DNA of 43,753 nt. Source: Sarea resinae. Its lineage: Eukaryota. Within the stretch, counting starts at the first letter, position 1. Every line of letters starts with the position of its first letter. The notes beneath the pieces were generated by a model. That model saw only the letters and a list, made by a program, of their open reading frames with translations, had not been told where the DNA came from and did no database searches. The stretch lies in assembly GCA_026026165.1 (NCBI GenBank), contig JAPEUD010000055.1, positions 124,001 to 167,753 of the forward strand. Reading direction: 5' to 3'. Of this stretch, positions 36,020-43,753 are shown piece by piece. The translations under genes and the position numbers were made by a program.

Positions 36020-37646
36020 ATGGGCGCCCTTCTCTCTATCCCGTTGCTGGCCATCCCGAGTCTCACCACGGTATGTAAAAGGTCTCCCTTCCTCAAGCCT
36101 GTTGCTGATGACCGTTTTTCATCATCAAGGTGGCCACAACCGCCGCGTCATGTTGCGGGGCTGCAACTTGCTCTGCTGTGTGCAGCGCTTGTGGGAAATG
36201 CCAAAGCAGGTATGTCATTTGGCCCGGCGCAGTGGTGCTCTGAGCACTATACTAGGCCACCGTACTGACCAGAGGCAAACTCCAGCATGGCTACCCGCAT
36301 TGCCTATGCCTTAATCCTACTGGTTAATTCGATCCTTTCATGGGTCATGCTCACGGACTGGGCGATCCGAAAGTTGGAGCACCTTGCGTTGGATTATATG
36401 AAGCTTCAATGTGTGGGACACGACTGCTATGGCTTCGTTGCGGTTCACCGGATCAACTTCGCTCTCGGCACATTCCATGTGCTTCTCGCTATTCTCCTCC
36501 TAGGGGTGAAGTCCTCAAGAAATGGACGGGCGGCGATCCAGAATGGCTTCTGGGGTCCAAAGATTATCGCCTGGCTGGGATTCATTGTCCTCAGCTTCCT
36601 CATCCCCGATGCATTTTTCATCGCCTGGGGCAACTATGTTGCCTATGCCTTGGCAATTTGCTTTGTCCTTCTTGGCCTAATTCTGCTCGTCGACCTGGCC
36701 CATACCTGGGCCGAATATTGTTTGGACAAGATCGAGTTCCATGATTCGAAAGCCTGGAGAGGACTTCTTATCGGCTCGACTCTCGGGATGTATCTGGGTG
36801 CCTTTGCTCTGACGATCATCATGTACATCTTCTTCGCTCATGGCGGATGCTCGATGAATCAGGCGGCTATATCCGTAGGTTCATTCATCCCTCTAAACCT
36901 GCAATTACTAACCTCCTTAGGTGAATCTGGTGCTCCTCTTGATCATCTCTTTCATTTCTGTGCACCCAGCAGTTCAGGAGTCAAATCCCAGAGCGGGCCT
37001 TGCTCAATCAGCTATGGTCGCTATCTATTGCACTTATCTAACCATGTCCGCCGTTTCAATGGAACCTGACGATAAGCATTGCAACCCCCTCATTCGTGGT
37101 AGAGGCACGCGAACGGTTTCTATCGTCATCGGCGCCATTGTGACTATGCTTACCATCGCCTACACAACTACCCGTGCGGCGACTCAGGGCATCGCTATGG
37201 GATCCAAGGGCAATGGTTCATACTCACAGCTTGGGAATGAAGAGGTTGAGCACGGTCTTGTCACCCCAACTAGCTCCCGCCGGGAGATGCGCGCGGAAGC
37301 TCTTCGAGCTGCTGTCGAAAGTGGAAGTCTTCCCGCCAGTGCTCTCGATGAGGATGACGACGATGATGACGACGATGATGGCCATGGCGGTCAAGACGAT
37401 GAGAAGGGGGCGACGCAGTACAACTACTCTCTATTCCACTTCATCTTCCTTCTCGCCACCGCATGGGTGGCTACTCTCTTGACGACGAATCTGCAAGAAG
37501 ATCCAACCACGTCCGGTGATTTCCAACCCGTGGGGAGGACTTACTGGGCTAGCTGGGTCAAGATCGTGAGTGCATGGGTCTGCTATGCTCTGTATACGTG
37601 GTCTCTCATTGCTCCTCTCGTGTTGCCGAATCGCTTTGATTACTGA
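36020..37646 (+). CDS. TMS1: Serinc/TDE-family membrane protein Tms1
   Basis: Exons 36020-36070, 36130-36209, 36286-36874, 36921-37646. MGALLS start, Cys-rich SCCGAATC, ATRIAYA, CYGFVAVHRINFAL, RAAIQNGFWGPK, LLVDLAHTWAE, GLAQSAMV, YNYSLFHFIF and WVKIVSAWVCY. Confidence 0.95.
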
Positions 37647-38096
37647 GCAACTCTCCTCGTTTACTGTCTGCATCGTTTTCTGGATTGTTTCATTTCTTTC
37701 TTGGTAGTGGCGTAAATAAGGTGCGCAATGGTAGCGGTGATCTTCGATGCGCCATCGCTCTCCTGATATTCAATACCAAACCACAAATCAGAATGGCCAC
37801 CAATCATGGCTTTCTCAAGCAACAGTAGTATATCATTACCTTGCACGTATTGTACTGCACTCATCATCGACTACAATCTTTTGCGGATGGATATAATGTT
37901 GTGTCTCGATCATGACTTTGCCCAATCAGTCACATGGCGATAGCGATAACGATACGGTGATGGACCCTGCGCATGCCTGTTCCCCGCAACACCATCAACA
38001 ACATATCGCAAGTCATCCAGGCCGCCCTTTTCCTATCCGAACGACCCTCAATTGACTTTCTCGCCATCCTCCCATCTCAATGCGCTACTCTTAGCA

Positions 38097-39497
38097 ATGC
38101 TCAAAAGCTCTCTGCAGTTCCCTGCCGTCATATCCCGGGCCAGTCGGACCTTCTCCACGAGCGCTGCGCGCCATGGCACCGATTTCACTCATGCTGTGAG
38201 CACCTTTGTTTCCAATTTCGATCACCTACTCTATGCCATCCATCATTACAATATCCTCAAACGCATGATGGAACCCTACTAACACGATGACCAATGACAG
38301 GTCATAGGCGGCGGCGTAGTCGGGCTCGCGATCGCGCGCAAGCTAAGCCAAAGAGAAGGCACGACGACGCTGCTCCTCGAGCGCCACAAAGCGGTTGGCA
38401 CGGAAACCAGCTCGCGCAACTCAGAGGTCATCCATGCGGGACTCTATTATCCCGCCACGAGCCTGAAGACGCGCCTCTGCGTGCGTGGCAAAGAACTGCT
38501 CTATGCCCTATGCGAGGAGAAACATATTCCCCACGCCAACACGGGCAAGTGGATCGTGGCCCAGACACAGGATGAATGGGCCGCCACGCTCGCCTTGCAC
38601 GCGCACGCGAAAGACATTGGCGTCCCCACGCGCATTGTGTCCCGCGACGAGGCCCGCCGGCGCGAACCCGACGTCCGCGCCGATGCTGGCGTGCTCGAGA
38701 GCCCGACCACCGGCATCGTCGATTCGCACACCCTGATGCTGTACCTGGTGTCAAGCTTCGAGGACTCCGGACGGGGCGACGTAGCGCTGAACAGCGCGGT
38801 GACTGGGGTGGAGGCCTTGGGCGGCGGCGACGGATATCGGATCGTAGTGGGCGCGGCCTCGGACGAGAACAGCATCACGGCCTCGACGGTGATCAACAGC
38901 GCAGGCCACGGTGCCTGCGATGTCTCGAACCTGCTCCTGCCGCCTCATCGACACAGGACGCCGTATTTCGCCAAGGGCACGTATTTCAGCTATTCGGCGT
39001 CGCATCCGCGGCCGTCGACGCTGGTGTACCCGGCGCCGTCGTCCGGCCTCGGCGGCCTGGGCACACATCTGACGCTCGACCTCTCGGGGCGCGCGCGCTT
39101 CGGCCCGGACGTCGAGTGGGTCGACTCGGCTTCGGATTTATCGCCCAATGCGGCGCGCTTGCCTGACGCCCTGGACGCGATCGCGCGATATCTACCCGGT
39201 CTGGACCGTGATGCTGTCGGGTTGGACTATTGTGGCATCAGGCCAAAATTGGCGCCGCGGGCTGCGGTTGGGGGCAGCAGTAGTAGCGAGTCTGTCGGTG
39301 ATGAAAATCATGGTGACGATGCCGAGAAGGGCAAGGACGGGAGTGCCGGTGGCAAAGGGGGCGGCGGATTCCAGGACTTTGTGATCCGCGCCGAAGAAGG
39401 CTTTCCAGGCTTCGTCAATCTGCTGGGCATTGAGAGTCCCGGGTTGACGAGCTCGTTGGCTATTGCTGAGCGTGTCGATACACTGCTCTATCCATGA
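38097..39497 (+). CDS. L-2-hydroxyglutarate dehydrogenase-like FAD-dependent oxidoreductase, probably mitochondrial
   Basis: Exons 38097-38195 and 38301-39497 (GTGAGC..CTAAC..CAG). Presequence-like N-terminus, DFTHA|VIGGGVVGLAIA (Rossmann), GTETSSRNSEVIHAGLYY, ESPTTGIVDSH, GLGTHLTLD, RFGPDVEW, YCGIRPKL and GIESPGLTSSLAIAE. Confidence 0.92.
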
Positions 39498-40211
39498 TCA
39501 GTCTGTCTTGTTGGCCGATGGGCTTAGCTGGCGGAATTTGAACAAGAGGGGAGAGGGGAGGGAGAAGGACGGTGTGAGATATATGGCCTAGCATGGTATG
39601 GCGATCAGATGTGAGATGGAGTTGTTTATATGGTATTCGTATCGAAAGGCCAATTGCCTCGGGATGGAAATATAAATAGAAATATAAAGGAGAAGAATGG
39701 GCAAGAACGGACACATCGATAGAGCCAGGGGCAGGTAGAGGAAAAAGGAGATTGTTTACTGGATTACATACACGATACTATATTATTGTCTGTTTGTTTG
39801 TCAAGCTACGCACAAAAATGGTCTCGAGAGGTATCATATGCTGTGCCAGCCAACGTAAAGGAATCATTCAGTCCAAAATAGCTAGCAGGCTAGAGAAATA
39901 TCTCTAATATGCGCGCTCAGAGAAACTGAGAGATAAGAATGCTATCAGATGCATAAAGATCGGATGACGACAAATTCGCCAGATCCGATCAGATAAGTGT
40001 GGTAATATCCGTTGCTGGGGCAATTATCCCTGTAATAGTCTGTTTACCCACCTATTGCACTAACTCCTCCACACCCATTCCACTGCCTTAAACTTCCCCT
40101 CCACCATTCCTCCATCATCGTGGCCTCCCGCATTCCGCATCCCTCGTGTCGAGCATTCAGCAACATTCCTCTCCTCGATTCTCTAGCATCGTTGATCGAT
40201 CGCGACAAATC

Positions 40212-42292
40212 ATGGGCGTCGCTCCGCCTTTCCTCTACGACCCGCCCTCCCAATACACCTTTGACGACCCCTACTCGGGCCGGTCACGGTACAACCCCAA
40301 AGCTGTATCACAGGCCAGCCTGATTCCCCAGAGACCCAGACCTAAGCAAGAAGGGCCACTGGTAAACTTCAACAAGCATCCAGACAGCTACCTCATCCTC
40401 CCGTATGGAAATACCAATGCAAAGCCCATGAGTGGGCGAGTGAAGAAGAGCATAAATTATGCGAGATGGTTTCAATTGTCTTTGAGGATTTGCGCGCTTC
40501 TCGGAGCCATTGGGCTCTTGGTCTGTGTCATCTGTGTCAAGCACGCGCAAACCTCGGTGGGATGGATCATTAGGGTGCCGGTATGGCATCTCCTAAGAAC
40601 GTCCGAAACTAGAGCAGCTTGCTAATGTAGAAACAGCCTGCTGTCGCCATTCTACACAACCTCTACGGGGTCATTCATCTGTGCCGGCCTTCCAAAGCTC
40701 GTACGCCAATGTCATCCTCAAGTTATCACATCTTCAGCGCCGGCATGGACATCACTCTGATCCCTTTCTACGTCTTTACGGCATTGGTCAGCAAGTCGCA
40801 GTACCAAGAAAGTGAGAACGACTCCAGCCGATGGCAATCTGTCTTCCATGACAACATCTCAACGAACAAGATCATCGGCTCGGTTTTCCTCTTCGGAGTC
40901 ACTGACGGTGGACTGCATCTGATCTGTCTGGCCATTTCCATCTATCTGGCCATCATCTTCCACAAGATAGGGAAACTCCCTCCAGACATGAACCCACTCG
41001 AGGACAATCTCACGTCGCGACACAAGAAGAAGAACTCTTCGGTATCTGAGATTTCCACCAAGCGCAGCAGCCAGGCCACGACGGCCTCAACATCCGATTT
41101 CAGGAGTTCGAAGCATTCCTCTATGGTCGAAGCACCTCTGCTCCCCTCCTCGCGTGCCGTGCCCTTCATGCATACCCGCACGGATTCCAACGACACATTT
41201 TCGACACACAACCCCAACACCGTCTCGAATCGCAACTCGCGCTCCCATCTGCCTAGCCAAGAAGCCGCGGCATCCAAACGTCATTCCCGCTCCAACATCG
41301 CTCGCTCCTCCGGCCGCACATCTCCCGCCAAGCGGGGCTCCACATATTCGGAGTCAGAAAGCCAGCGGGGAAGTCACGAGCCTTCAACCTTACCCATGAG
41401 CACTACACCGGCCACGAATGGAGAAGACTCCGACCTTGGCATTGCTAGACGCCGTTCCCACAGCTCTCTCCTCAACGACAACTGGTATGTCATCAGCGAC
41501 ACATTAGACGACGACCAAGACGAAGAATTCCACCACGACCAAACCCTCGACCAAGAGCAAGAACAAAACGAAAACCTCCCGCCCCGTCCCACCTCCCCCA
41601 CCTCACCCCCAAAAACCCGCAAATCAAACGCCTATACGCCCCTCCCACAACAAGACTCCCCAATCAGCCACCCGGCACTCAAGCTCATCAACCCCCTAGA
41701 AATGAACCCGCCAACCCCACCTCCTCCCTCAGCCTCCCCAGTGTCCGACCGCGCCCTGACTCCCACCACAACCAACCGGGCCTCCACGCCCGGCGCAGCC
41801 TCGGCGTCGAACATCAGCCGCGGCGGCACTCCTTTGGGCTCGAGCATCCACCGCGTCGCCACGAGTCCGAAACGCAGGTATTACGGCGAGTTGAAGAAGG
41901 CTTCCGGCACGCCTCCGCCTACGCCTCCTCCCGCGTCGGCTTCGTCTTCGCCGACCCGGGGCGGCTACGTACGCGCGCAGGCTCAGCAATTGGAGAAACA
42001 TCAGCAACAGCAGCAGCAGCAGCAGCAGGGCATGCGGGGTACATATGTCGATCTGCCGCGTCAGGGCGATGGGCATGCGGATAGCGACGATCTTGCCTCT
42101 GGGCCTGGGATGGAGAGGGGAGGAGGAGGTGGTGGTCGAGCGATTAGTCATTCCGGCGCGGATTACTTCCCGCCTACGACGACGGCGACGATGACGGGCA
42201 GGAGAGACGTCAGTGGGAAAGTGGCCGAAGAAGGACGCGGAGGCGGTGGATGGACGGCCCGGTTCCGGAAGGTCAGTGGCGTGCTGATGTGA
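40212..42292 (+). CDS. Uncharacterised membrane protein with four N-terminal TM segments (MARVEL-like layout) and a long disordered tail
   Basis: Exons 40212-40580 and 40637-42292 (GTATGG..CTAAT..CAG) join in frame. Four hydrophobic segments are followed by KLPPDMNPLEDNLTSR and a Ser/Pro-rich tail ending RDVSGKVAEEGRG...RKVSGVLM*. Confidence 0.85.
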
Positions 42293-43554
42293 GTGATGGA
42301 GCGCGTTTGGACTGGAGAAAGAGAGCTATGAGGTTTTCCCATCTCTGGTTGACTAGTCGGTGGATGTGGTGAGGTTGGATCCTAGGGATGTGGTGCAAGT
42401 TCGGACAAGGCAGGGGTGAATATAAGTTTCGGTTGTGATTTCCTTTTCTCGTCTCCTTTTTTTTTGTGGCTCAAGGCGCTGGCTGGCTGGTTGGTTCGTT
42501 GGTTGGTTGGTTCTTCCTCCTCCTCATTTGGCTTTTGTCTGTGTTGGTTTGTTATTAGGTTTCTCGAGCCGGGCACGGGCACGGGCATAGGCACAGGCAC
42601 AGGCAAAGGTATAGTCATAGGCATAGGCATAGGCATCAATAGGTATATATAAGCTTCCGGATCTGATTTCTGGGATTGTTGGTCCCGCTTGTGGTTTTTT
42701 TGCTTTTTCTTTCGAATATTGATGGGATATGATGGGAGGGGATGGGACAGGCTGTGAGAGGATGTGAGAGGATGTGAGAGGAGGTGAGAGGAAGATGGGC
42801 GACGATGACTGTAAAGGAGGGAGAGATGCATGGAGGGATGGAGGGCCGGGATGGATGGGATGAGTCGAGTATATATATACTATTGTTAACATCAATAACA
42901 ACCCCGATACTATTACTGATGCTGATTAGGATGCTGATGAAGATGCCGAGACTGAGACTGATATAGATATGCCAGAGAGCTTTTCCGCCTCGTTTCTGGG
43001 GGGACATTTTTTACTTGGTTTTCGCTGGGAGAGGTGGGATGTTATTTGCCATCTCTGTGCGCAGGGAATTACTGGTTGATTGGCGGGGGGAAGGGGAGAC
43101 CCCTCTCTCTTTCTCTCTCTCTCTGTGTGTGTAGGTGTGTAGGTGTAAGCATTGGGGTGGTCAAGGGCGATTATAGAGGAAAAGGCCGGGAGGGGGGAGG
43201 GAGAGAGGGGAAATCATCTTTTGAAGCCACGCTCTAGAGGCCGGATAAGGGCGAGTTCGGGCCTTTTTTTTCCTTTTCCGGAGACGTACGGTCGTCTAGC
43301 TAGCTAGATGATGGTTGGTAGATGGTGGTAGGTAGATGGATGTGGTGGGTAATAGAGATGGGGATGGGGATGGTAATGGTTACGGGCGATGGCAATGGCG
43401 ATGGGTATGGACGTTGGACGCTGGATTGATGTGGTGACGACGTGGAGAGGTGTCGGAGGGCATGTATGTATGTATGTATGTATCTATGTATGTAATTACC
43501 TGCGTTTCGGTAATTCTTGTCCCCTTGTCAATTTCGCCTCTGCCGCCTACACCT

Positions 43555-43753
43555 GTTTAATAGATTTTAATAATACTATTAATTTTCTCTAATTTTACCT
43601 AGAACACCACTAAAATCAAAGGCAATGCTTAGTCCTTTTATAATTATATTATCCTGCTCTAGCTCCTTGCTCTAAACTAGTTATATAGGCTAATTAGTAG
43701 CGATAAACTCTAAAAATACACTGAAACACAATAAATTACTATACTTATTATAT
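43555..43753. repeat. AT-rich, TpA-rich segment; probable edge of a RIP-mutated repeat or transposon relic
   Basis: Abrupt drop in GC, dense TA/TAA/TAG, only one CpG, stops in the frames examined. The element family cannot be identified from ~200 bp. Confidence 0.6.

Noticed and set aside
37922..37954. CCAAT plus a GCGATAGCGATAACGATA repeat upstream of the L2HGDH-like gene
   Set aside because: Plausible promoter words, but too short and common to support a specific claim.
39480..39530. Stop-codon readthrough to a cryptic peroxisomal PTS1 in the oxidoreductase or other genes
   Set aside because: None of the gene stops I checked has the TGA-CTA context, and the readthrough extension here ends in RWA*, which is not SKL-like.

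Overview
Gene-dense chromosomal DNA of a filamentous ascomycete (Pezizomycotina-type genes, short GT..CTRAY..AG introns). I resolve 15 protein-coding genes by manual splicing: PMS1 (3'-truncated by the window edge), an uncharacterised coiled-coil protein, a PH-domain protein, a Ser/Thr-rich single-pass surface protein, a GT25 glycosyltransferase, LSB6, a HIRAN-SNF2-RING helicase, RRG7, MED21/SRB7, an MTC6-like protein, SEC62, a 13-exon MCH1-like MFS transporter, TMS1, an L-2-hydroxyglutarate-dehydrogenase-like flavoprotein and a 4-TM protein. The last ~200 bp are AT/TpA-rich, like a RIP-mutated repeat. I recognised no tRNA, rRNA, CRISPR array or intact mobile element, and no clearly new multi-gene system. 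The most unusual signal is architectural: all four convergent intergenic regions are long (1278-1651 bp; three fall within 20 bp of each other) and packed with microsatellites, while tandem spacers are short and plain. Other leads are a CCDC6-like motif in the orphan protein, a 13-nt terminal exon that completes a YxxPhi motif in MTC6, a stop-free in-frame intron in MED21 and a duplicated C-terminal peptide in the PH protein. Family assignments come from recalled motifs, not database searches.
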